Shown here: positions 31,158 through 39,205 of the stretch, piece after piece
How the letters are laid out: every line of letters starts with the position of its first letter
Numbering within the stretch: the first letter of the stretch is position 1
From: Clostridiaceae bacterium
Lineage (GTDB): Bacteria > Bacillota > Clostridia > DUPQ01
NCBI GenBank assembly: GCA_012729955.1
Contig: JAAYBX010000020.1
Span: forward strand, 15,548-79,547
Reading direction: 5' to 3'
Length of the DNA: 64,000 nucleotides
Notes under the pieces: model-generated
Seen by the model: only the letters and a program-made list of their open reading frames with translations
Told to the model about the DNA's origin: nothing
The model's database searches: none
Program-made: the position numbers and the translations under genes

Positions 31158-31186
31158 AATTTACCATGACAGTTAATATATGTCAA
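31158..31186 (-). promoter_or_regulatory. Sigma-A-type promoter TTGACA-N17-TAAATT driving the riboswitch leader
   Basis: On the minus strand the -35 TTGACA is at 31181-31186 and the -10 TAAATT at 31158-31163, with an exact 17-nt spacer. Confidence 0.6.
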
Positions 31187-31249
31187 TATATTTTTTTAAT
31201 TTTTTTTATTTTTTTTATTTGGTGATAAACCTGATGTTCGAATATCGAT

Positions 31250-31271
31250 TTTGTTCACAATTTGTTCACAA
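31250..31271. repeat. Tandem direct repeat TTTGTTCACAA x2 in the divergent intergenic region
   Basis: Two perfect adjacent 11-mers, about 65 bp upstream of the riboswitch promoter -35 and upstream of the plus-strand hydrolase gene. Confidence 0.6.
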
Positions 31272-31324
31272 TTTTAAATTTAGGTATTGCATTCACATGT
31301 ATTTTCGTGTATCATTTCAAAATA

Positions 31325-32194
31325 ATGGAATGTTTGAGACTTAGAAGAACAATAACTTCGATACTAGCCATCATAATTCTGCTCTCACCGTTAATGTCAA
31401 TTGATGTTAGCGCAAATGCTGAGATATCTCCAAGCGGTATCTCATACTGGGTTACTAATTCACCGGTTATATATGACTATAAAAACATTAATTTTACGAA
31501 TGACAAATTAATCGTCGGCGGATATATGGTCCTTCCAGTAACAGAATTCTTTGATTATTTTGGTTTTTATCAGTATGAATGGAACAATGAGACAAAAAGC
31601 GTGACTATAACTGACGGATATAATACATATGTTATTTATTCTGGAACTAATTACCTCCTCAAAAATGGCATTATGATACAGGCCCCTGCTACAAGCCTTA
31701 TTTATAACGGCAAAATATATGCATCTTTAAAAGTAATGGCAGATTCTCTTGGTTTAAAAACCTTATATGATGAAGTATCTGATTCTATACTTCTTACAAC
31801 GAATACTTTTTTCTTTAATTCTTCATACACATATGAGGATGTTTACTGGCTTTCAAGGATAGTGTATGCAGAAGCTGGATATGAGTCATATGAAGGAATG
31901 GTAGCAGTAGCAAATGTGGTGTTGAACCGTGTCAGACATGATGATTTTCCAGACACGATATATGGAGTTATTTTCGACAAGGCAGGAGGAACTCAATTTA
32001 CACCTGTGTCTGCAGGTACAATATACAATGAGCCTTCAGAAAATGCTATTCTTGCTGCAAAAGCCGCTTTAAATGGTTATAACAATGTATCATGGTGTTT
32101 ATTCTTCTTTAACCCTAGAATAGCAAAGAGCACATGGATTGCAGATTCATGCGACTTTTATGGAAGTATTGGCAATCACGATTTCTATTTTTAA
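31325..32194 (+). CDS. SleB-type cell wall hydrolase (Hydrolase_2 domain) with an N-terminal signal peptide and a stalk domain. The start is placed at MECLRLRR.
   Basis: The C-terminal VYAEAGYESYEGMVAVANVVLNRV...FPDTIYGVI...QFTP is the SleB/CwlJ catalytic domain. The signal peptide is RRTITSILAIIILL...VSANA. Confidence 0.75.
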   Translation: MECLRLRRTITSILAIIILLSPLMSIDVSANAEISPSGISYWVTNSPVIYDYKNINFTNDKLIVGGYMVLPVTEFFDYFGFYQYEWNNETKSVTITDGYNTYVIYSGTNYLLKNGIMIQAPATSLIYNGKIYASLKVMADSLGLKTLYDEVSDSILLTTNTFFFNSSYTYEDVYWLSRIVYAEAGYESYEGMVAVANVVLNRVRHDDFPDTIYGVIFDKAGGTQFTPVSAGTIYNEPSENAILAAKAALNGYNNVSWCLFFFNPRIAKSTWIADSCDFYGSIGNHDFYF

Positions 32195-33664
32195 CTATCT
32201 TGTCCAATTCATTGATCTTTTGATGGCATCATGCCATCTTTTTTTTCTGTATTCCCTGTCAAAAAAATCTTTAGGCAGGAATACTCTGTCTCTCTTGACA
32301 ATTCTTTTAAGCTCCTCTGCATCCTGCCAGAAACCCACAGCCAGACCAGCTAAAAATGCTGCTCCCAAAGAAGTCGTTTCCTGTATAGCAGGTCTTATTA
32401 CTTCACAGTTAAGCATATCTGACTGAAACTGCATTAAAAAATTGTTGGCACTTGCACCGCCATCTACCTTCAAGGCTCTTAAAGGCACATTTGAGCTTTC
32501 TTGCATGCAGTCTATAACATCCATGGTCTGATAAGCCATAGACTCCAAAACAGCCCTTACAATATGGTTCTTGTTTGTCCCTCTTGTAATACCTACAATT
32601 ACTCCTCTTGCATACATATCCCAATAAGGAGTTCCTAGACCGGTAAATGCGGGGACAAAATACACATCATTGGTATCATCAACAGAATAAGCCATCCTTT
32701 CTGTCTGTGCAGCTGTTTCAACAAGCCCTATCTGATCCCTAAGCCACTGAACTGAGGACCCAGCATTAAATATGCTGCCCTCAAGCGCATAACATGTCCT
32801 GTTCTCGCAATTCCATGCAATTGTGGTTATTAATCCCTTATCAGAAAAGACTGGTTTTTCTGCAGTATTCATCAGGATAAAGCATCCTGTCCCGTAAGTA
32901 TTTTTAACTTCACCCTGTTCAAAGCATGTCTGCCCGAAAAGCGCTGCTTGCTGATCACCCGCTATTCCTGAAATAGGAATGCTTACCCCTTCAATCTCCA
33001 TATGCCCGACGATAGAAGATGAGGGTACCACTTTGGGAAGCATATCTATATTAATATTCAGAATATCCAGAAGTTCTTTATCCCATTCAAGCGTATTAAT
33101 ATTAAACAGCATTGTCCTGGATGCATTTGACATGTCTGTAACATGGGCTTTCTCTTTTGTAAGGTTATATATGAGCCAAGTGTCTATTGTACCGCATAGA
33201 AGGCTTTTGTTTTTTGCTTCATTGACATTATCCAGAATCCATTTAATTTTAGTACCTGAAAAATATGCGTCAACTACAAGCCCTGTCTTAGATTTTATTA
33301 AATCAGTATATCCAGTTGCTTTAAGCTGTTCACATATATCAGCGGTTCTCCTGCATTGCCATACTATTGCATTATATACAGGCTTTCCTGTTAGTTTATC
33401 CCAGACTACAACAGTCTCTCTCTGATTGGTTATACCAATAGCCGCAATATCCTCTCCTTTTATTGAGAATTTTTTTATCAGATCGAACAGCGCGCCCATC
33501 TGGCTTTGCAGAATATCATATGGATCATGTTCTACCCACCCTGGATTCGGAAAAAACTGTGTGAACTCCTTATTCACAGAACCTATATACTTTCCATCAT
33601 GGTCAAAAGCGACCGCCCTGCTGCTGGTTGTTCCCTGATCTAATGCAATTACAAATTTTTTCAT
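32195..33664 (-). CDS. glpK: Glycerol kinase
   Basis: Starts MKKFVIALDQGTTSSR and has the FGGT sugar-kinase motifs; 489 aa. Confidence 0.93.
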   Translation of the reverse strand: MKKFVIALDQGTTSSRAVAFDHDGKYIGSVNKEFTQFFPNPGWVEHDPYDILQSQMGALFDLIKKFSIKGEDIAAIGITNQRETVVVWDKLTGKPVYNAIVWQCRRTADICEQLKATGYTDLIKSKTGLVVDAYFSGTKIKWILDNVNEAKNKSLLCGTIDTWLIYNLTKEKAHVTDMSNASRTMLFNINTLEWDKELLDILNINIDMLPKVVPSSSIVGHMEIEGVSIPISGIAGDQQAALFGQTCFEQGEVKNTYGTGCFILMNTAEKPVFSDKGLITTIAWNCENRTCYALEGSIFNAGSSVQWLRDQIGLVETAAQTERMAYSVDDTNDVYFVPAFTGLGTPYWDMYARGVIVGITRGTNKNHIVRAVLESMAYQTMDVIDCMQESSNVPLRALKVDGGASANNFLMQFQSDMLNCEVIRPAIQETTSLGAAFLAGLAVGFWQDAEELKRIVKRDRVFLPKDFFDREYRKKRWHDAIKRSMNWTR

Positions 33665-33681
33665 TTTACACCTGTTTCAGT

Positions 33682-35085
33682 TTATAGGGAATTTACAATC
33701 TGTTTATATAAATTCCCCTTTACCTCAAAATTTTTAAACATGTCGAAACTCGCGCTTGCTGGGGACATAATTACTATATCACCTTCATCAGCCATATTAA
33801 ATGCTTTATACACCGCATCTTCTAATGTTTCTGCTTCGTTAAGAATCGCATTGCATGAATGAGCTTTATATGCATCTTTTATTTTTTCTTTTGTCTGTCC
33901 TAAAAGGACAAGACCTTTTACTTTTTCATTGATTAACGGCCCCATTATATCGTAAGGTATATGCTTATCATAACCGCCTGCTATTAATATTACTTTCTGA
34001 TCAAACGACTGAAGGCTTGCAACAGTCCTTGAAGGCGTTGTTCCGATAGAATCGTTATAGAAACGAACCCCATTTACTGTCCTTACATATTCTACCCTGT
34101 GCTCCACGCCATTAAACGTTTTTGCCACATGCAGCATGGTAGCAGTGTCAACCAGAGAATAAGTCGCAAGAATTGCTGCCATATAGTTCTCTATATTATG
34201 CTTCCCAGGTATTTTTATGTCCTTAATATCCAGTATTCTGTTTATTTTTCCATCTATATTCACATATATGGCATTGTCATCCAGATAAGCGCCTTTAAAA
34301 GAATTCTTCCCATCATATCTGTTAATCCTCGAAAAAGTATATGTTTCTGAAGGAGCAGTCTCTATTAAAGCTTTTGTTATATCATTGTCCTGATTTAAAA
34401 TCACTATGTCATTCTTTTTCTGGTACTTAAAGATTATGCTTTTGCAATAAATATATTCATCATAATCATCATGAAAATCCAGATGATTAGGAGTAATATT
34501 GGTAATAACGGAAATATCTGGGCTTTTCTCACCGAACATCTGCAATTGGCATGAAGCTAATTCCAGTACGACATAATCATTAACATTAATCTCGTCCAGT
34601 CTGTGGAATAAAGGCGTCCCTATATTGCCTCCGACCCATACCTTGTATCCCTGTTCTTTTAGAAATTCACCGATTAAGGTAGTTGTTGTTGTTTTACCCG
34701 AGCTTCCTGTAACAGCGATTATCTTTGCCTTGCAGTATTTAATGAATTCCCACATCTCAGATGTAAGTACAGCTCCATTTCTTACTGCATCTGCAAATTG
34801 AGGCATATCTCTTCTCATAGACTGTGTTTTAAATATTACATCGTAACCTGTAAGTTTATCCAGATAATCATTTCCGGAAATTAATGATGAATTAGGGTAA
34901 TCAGCCAAATCTGTTTTCAAATCTTCAAAATCATCAGATTTATCAAACCCAGTGACATTAACACCTTTTTGTGATAGAAACTTGAATAAATCTATATTTC
35001 CGATTCCCAGTCCCACAATGGCGATCTTTTTTGATTTTAAATATTCAATATATTCATTGTGGTTTGTAAAATCATTTTTTTGCAT
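33682..35085 (-). CDS. murD: UDP-N-acetylmuramoyl-L-alanine--D-glutamate ligase MurD. The start is placed at MQKNDF.
   Basis: Mur ligase P-loop AVTGSSGKTTTT and the typical N-terminal Rossmann GLG motif. Confidence 0.9.
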   Translation of the reverse strand: MQKNDFTNHNEYIEYLKSKKIAIVGLGIGNIDLFKFLSQKGVNVTGFDKSDDFEDLKTDLADYPNSSLISGNDYLDKLTGYDVIFKTQSMRRDMPQFADAVRNGAVLTSEMWEFIKYCKAKIIAVTGSSGKTTTTTLIGEFLKEQGYKVWVGGNIGTPLFHRLDEINVNDYVVLELASCQLQMFGEKSPDISVITNITPNHLDFHDDYDEYIYCKSIIFKYQKKNDIVILNQDNDITKALIETAPSETYTFSRINRYDGKNSFKGAYLDDNAIYVNIDGKINRILDIKDIKIPGKHNIENYMAAILATYSLVDTATMLHVAKTFNGVEHRVEYVRTVNGVRFYNDSIGTTPSRTVASLQSFDQKVILIAGGYDKHIPYDIMGPLINEKVKGLVLLGQTKEKIKDAYKAHSCNAILNEAETLEDAVYKAFNMADEGDIVIMSPASASFDMFKNFEVKGNLYKQIVNSL

Positions 35086-35224
35086 TTGTACCAGCCTTCT
35101 CAAGCAGTTCTTTTATAATTTTCTGATATAGCAGAATTTCCTTTTCCAGTTCTTTTATACGGTCTTCTCTGAATTTCAGAATCTTAAGCAATGTATCTTT
35201 AGACATCTGATCGATGGTTTCCAT
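35072..35224 (-). CDS. Unannotated small ORF of 50 aa, METIDQMSKDTLLKILKFREDRIKELEKEILLYQKIIKELLEKAGTNAKK, absent from the ORF track
   Basis: My own translation. AAGGAG RBS 5 nt upstream of the ATG. Its 3' end overlaps the murD start by 14 nt. Heptad, charged coiled coil. Confidence 0.4.
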   Translation of the reverse strand: METIDQMSKDTLLKILKFREDRIKELEKEILLYQKIIKELLEKAGTNAKK

Positions 35225-35303
35225 ATGAGCTCCTTGTATTTATTATACATTACAAAATGCAAAAGATTTCTCTTTTGCATTAGTAATGTGTTATATCTAT
35301 TCT

Positions 35304-37469
35304 TTACTCATTATCCTTTTTGGTTTTGTGCTCATCCTCTGCGTCAAACTTAAAATCTGCGAGCAATGATCCGATTTTATTGCTCAAAACTTCCTCATGG
35401 CTTACAGGCAGTTCTTCACGTTGTTTTCTGGTTTGCCTTGGCTCGCTGTCTTTTTGTGGAGCGGCTTCAGCGCTTTCAACTCTGCGTGTAAATCTTTCAG
35501 TACGTTCTTTTATGTTTTGCTGTCTTCTTTCTTCTCTTTGCTGTTCCCTTTCTATATCTTCCTGTGAAGGCTGTGGATCAAGTGGCTGAACAGCTTTAAT
35601 GCTTGCATTAATCTTCTTATTCTCAAGATCAACATCAATAATAGCTACTTCAACCATCTGTCCTTCTTCGAGAACCTCGGAAGCGCTCTTTAAACGTTTA
35701 TTAGAAATTTGGGAAATATGAACTAGAGCATCAATATCCTTAGCGATTTCAACAAATACGCCAAAAGGAAGGATTCTGACAACTTTGCCAGTCATTATAG
35801 TATTGGCAGCAAACCTTTCCTCTGCATTATACCAAGGATCATCTTCTTCTTTTCTATAAGCAAGTGATACCTTCCTTTTATCCTTATCAATTTCTTTGAT
35901 AATGACATCAACTTCTTGTCCAAGTTCCAGCACATCCTGAGGATGATTAATTTTTCCCCATGAAAGCTCTGAAATGTGGGCAAGGCCGTCTATACCGCCT
36001 AAATCGATAAATGCTCCAAAGTTTGAAAAGCTTTTTACAGTTCCTTTAACCACTTCGCCAACTGCAAGCTTGCTCCATACTTCTTTTTCCATTCTCTCGT
36101 TTTCTTCTTCAATGAGAATTTTTCGTGACACGATGAGTTTCTTTTTCCTACGGTCACATTCAATTACTCTTACTTTCAGCTTCCTGCCAATAAATTTCTG
36201 AAGGTTTCTTTGAAATTGTGTGCTGATCTGAGAAATAGGCATGAAAGCGTCAACACCATTAATATCAAGTATAAGCCCGCCTGAAGTTGCTTCTTTGACA
36301 GTACCTTTGATTGAATCACCGGTTGTAAATGCATCATTTATATCTTCATATCTTCTTTTTTCATCGACTTTCTTTTTTGATAGATAAACGATACCGTCTT
36401 TATCACTTACTCTCGTTACTATCGCTTCTACCTTATCCCCGACTGCTACTTGTCTTTGATCTTTGACCATAGGGAATTCTTCTGCAGGTATCGTGCCATC
36501 AATCTTGAATCCTATATCAAGATATACTTCCTTTTCGTTGACACCTATAACCTTACCGGTTACTACCTGTCCGTTTCTTAACGTCACAAGGGATTTTTCC
36601 AACATTTCCTCAAAAGTATTTGCTGATCCCTTCTTTGCATTATCTTCCATTGTTTCCTTTACCTCCCTGACAATACGATCCGGCGTACTCGCTCCTGCCG
36701 TAATGCCAACCATTTCTTTGTTTTTTATATCGATATCCTCAACTTGCTTTGCACATGAAATTAAGTATGTTCGTGCACATCTCTCTTTGCACACTTCATA
36801 TAGTTTTCTTGTATTGGAGCTGCTAGGATCACCAATAACTATCATTATGTCTACGGATGCAGCCAATTTTACTGCTTCAGATTGACGTACAGACGTAGCA
36901 CTGCATATTGTATCAAACACCTCAAGCAATGTAAACTTTTTTTTCAGCTCTTCGGTGATTTTTTCATACTTTTCTTTAATAAATGTGGTTTTTGCTACTG
37001 AACAGTATTTATTTTCCGAATCTGGTGTTAATTTTTCAATATCTTCTGGTTCTTCAATGATTATCGCACTGTTACAGCAGTAACCATTTATTCCAATAAC
37101 TTCAGGATGCATGCCTGAACCTGCAATAATAACCTTATAACCTTTATTGTACATATCCTCCACTTTATTTTGGATATTCCTGACATATGGGCATGTAGCA
37201 TCATAAATTATTAAATTTTTCTTTTGGGCTTCTTCGAAAAATGTTCTTGATACGCCATGTGCCCTAACTAGGACGCTAGCGCCATCTGGTATTTCGGAAA
37301 TATCATTTACAGTTATGAGCCCTTGGTTTCTAAACTCATTTACGACCTGCTGGTTATGAATGACATTTCCATACGAATATTTAATCTGTTCTTTTTCGAC
37401 TATTTCGTTAGCCATCTTAACTGCTCTGGAAACCCCAAAACAGAAGCCTGCATTTTTTGAAACAATCAC
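35304..37469 (-). CDS. ispH: Bifunctional 4-hydroxy-3-methylbut-2-enyl diphosphate reductase (IspH/LytB) fused to ribosomal protein S1 repeats. The start is the GTG right after the plsC stop.
   Basis: N-terminal IspH (KNAGFCFGVSRAV, ATCPYV), followed by four or more S1 domains and an acidic, Arg-rich tail. The first 55 codons of the ORF track overlap plsC and are rejected. Confidence 0.88.
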   Translation of the reverse strand: MIVSKNAGFCFGVSRAVKMANEIVEKEQIKYSYGNVIHNQQVVNEFRNQGLITVNDISEIPDGASVLVRAHGVSRTFFEEAQKKNLIIYDATCPYVRNIQNKVEDMYNKGYKVIIAGSGMHPEVIGINGYCCNSAIIIEEPEDIEKLTPDSENKYCSVAKTTFIKEKYEKITEELKKKFTLLEVFDTICSATSVRQSEAVKLAASVDIMIVIGDPSSSNTRKLYEVCKERCARTYLISCAKQVEDIDIKNKEMVGITAGASTPDRIVREVKETMEDNAKKGSANTFEEMLEKSLVTLRNGQVVTGKVIGVNEKEVYLDIGFKIDGTIPAEEFPMVKDQRQVAVGDKVEAIVTRVSDKDGIVYLSKKKVDEKRRYEDINDAFTTGDSIKGTVKEATSGGLILDINGVDAFMPISQISTQFQRNLQKFIGRKLKVRVIECDRRKKKLIVSRKILIEEENERMEKEVWSKLAVGEVVKGTVKSFSNFGAFIDLGGIDGLAHISELSWGKINHPQDVLELGQEVDVIIKEIDKDKRKVSLAYRKEEDDPWYNAEERFAANTIMTGKVVRILPFGVFVEIAKDIDALVHISQISNKRLKSASEVLEEGQMVEVAIIDVDLENKKINASIKAVQPLDPQPSQEDIEREQQREERRQQNIKERTERFTRRVESAEAAPQKDSEPRQTRKQREELPVSHEEVLSNKIGSLLADFKFDAEDEHKTKKDNE

Positions 37470-37473
37470 ATTT

Positions 37474-38073
37474 TTACTCGTTTTTATACACCTCCGGCAG
37501 GTTATATATAATATCCATAAGATCCTGACTTTTTTGCGAAATCTCTTCTTTAGTGGATTTTCTGTCAAGACCGGTATCAACTGGTTTGCCGATATATACT
37601 TTTGTCTTTTTGTACAATTTGGCTTTGTTTTCAATGTATACAGGTATTACATGAGCTTGTGTTAAAGCAGATACCATTGCAACTCCTCTTCTTGGCGGTA
37701 AGGGATTCTTGCTTTTCTGTCTTGTTCCCTGAGGGAAAATACATACAAGTTCGCCTTCTTGAAGAAGCGTTACTGCACGTTTAATGCTTCTGACATCGCT
37801 TTGCCCTCTTTTAATGGGGAAAGCACCCATTTTATTTAAAAACCATGCCGAAAGCTTGTGTTTGTACAGTTCGCTTTTTGCCATAAAATAAACCCATCTT
37901 TTCCTGGAATGTACAAGGACGAATACTATATCTAATATGCTGAAATGGTTTGGGCAAATGACATAAGGTCCCTTTTCAGGATAATCCTCACCTATATATT
38001 CTACACGGTAAAATACTTTTATTATTCCCCTTACTATACCACGGCAAAATTTCCTGATAAATTCATTTTCCAT
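37474..38073 (-). CDS. plsC: 1-acyl-sn-glycerol-3-phosphate acyltransferase PlsC
   Basis: NHFSILD (HxxxxD) and FPQGTR motifs. Confidence 0.85.
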   Translation of the reverse strand: MENEFIRKFCRGIVRGIIKVFYRVEYIGEDYPEKGPYVICPNHFSILDIVFVLVHSRKRWVYFMAKSELYKHKLSAWFLNKMGAFPIKRGQSDVRSIKRAVTLLQEGELVCIFPQGTRQKSKNPLPPRRGVAMVSALTQAHVIPVYIENKAKLYKKTKVYIGKPVDTGLDRKSTKEEISQKSQDLMDIIYNLPEVYKNE

Positions 38074-38728
38074 TTAAATACCTTAACAAGGTGTTAAAAA
38101 CCTCATCTATTCCCATTTCTGAAGTATCTATTTCTATTGCATCGTCAGCTTTTTTTAATGGCGCGAAATCCCGGCCTGAATCCTGTTTGTCACGGTATAC
38201 TATATCGGCTAAAACTTCTTCATAAGTAGTGTCTTTTCCATCTTTCTGCATCTGGAGTAATCGCCTTTGAGCTCTCTTTTCGTTATTTGCAGTTAGAAAG
38301 AATTTAAAATCAGCATCTGGAAGCACATAAGTACCTATATCCCTGCCTTCCATTACAACATTATGGTTTTTAGCAACATGCCTCTGCATATCAACAAGAA
38401 AAAGCCTAACAGGAGGAAACTTGGAAACATCCGAAGCTCCTTTGCTTACTTCGTTAGTACGTATCAGGCTGTCAACGCATTCGTTATCAAGGTACATGTG
38501 CTGTCGATTGTTTTTTATTTCCAGCTTAATATCTATGTTTTTTATCAGTTCTTCAAGTTTTTTACCATCCAATGTATCTATATTGCTTCTTATGGCTTTC
38601 AATGCAACCGTACGATACATTGCTCCTGTATCAAGGTATGTATATCCTTTTTGCTCTGAAAGCATTTTTGCCATCAGGCTTTTTCCGCTTCCTGCGGGTC
38701 CATCAATCGCTATGGATTTATGCTTCAT
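38063..38728 (-). CDS. cmk: Cytidylate kinase
   Basis: IAIDGPAGSGKS P-loop; 221 aa. Confidence 0.92.
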   Translation of the reverse strand: MKHKSIAIDGPAGSGKSLMAKMLSEQKGYTYLDTGAMYRTVALKAIRSNIDTLDGKKLEELIKNIDIKLEIKNNRQHMYLDNECVDSLIRTNEVSKGASDVSKFPPVRLFLVDMQRHVAKNHNVVMEGRDIGTYVLPDADFKFFLTANNEKRAQRRLLQMQKDGKDTTYEEVLADIVYRDKQDSGRDFAPLKKADDAIEIDTSEMGIDEVFNTLLRYLNGK

Positions 38729-39144
38729 AAACTCCTATGCCCTAATCCTATTCCTATTTCATCTAAATTTAAAAAACCGATGCCGGTGAATACCGCAACT
38801 GTTATATGATCTTTATGTCTTGCAATGCCTATCTTGCCTCCTATATTACACCCTATAGCTTTTGGCATAATCTGCCCCAAAGCCTCGCGTGTAGCACCTA
38901 CTACAGCACCTTGTTCATGATGTACATCAAGTATTACATTCTGTCTTTTTGAAGCAACTACCGCTCGTTCAATAATTTTTGAGACTGAGGATATAAAATC
39001 CCCTCCAAAATCAACTGCAACGCATTTAATGCCTTTATCAGCGTAATCTTTTATTAAAGCATATTCTTCTTCTCTTGTTGAAGTAATAGATAGCCTGATT
39101 GCTGCTTTTGAAGTATCCTTACTGCCTATTGTATCGTATTCCAT
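38725..39144 (-). CDS. HutP-family (RNA-binding antiterminator-like) protein
   Basis: 139 aa. Blocks resembling HutP: KCVAVDFGGD, HHEQGAVVGATREALG and GIGLGH. Confidence 0.5.
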   Translation of the reverse strand: MEYDTIGSKDTSKAAIRLSITSTREEEYALIKDYADKGIKCVAVDFGGDFISSVSKIIERAVVASKRQNVILDVHHEQGAVVGATREALGQIMPKAIGCNIGGKIGIARHKDHITVAVFTGIGFLNLDEIGIGLGHRSL

Positions 39145-39205
39145 TAATCTTTTTCCTTTTGCCAGTTAATTATATCTACTTTAATTGGATTTTACAACAA
39201 ATTAA

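Noticed and set aside
37470-37634. ORF-track N-terminal extension of ispH (MKTKPNCTKRQ...)
   Set aside because: It overlaps the plsC coding frame, and IspH homology starts at KNAGFCFGV.
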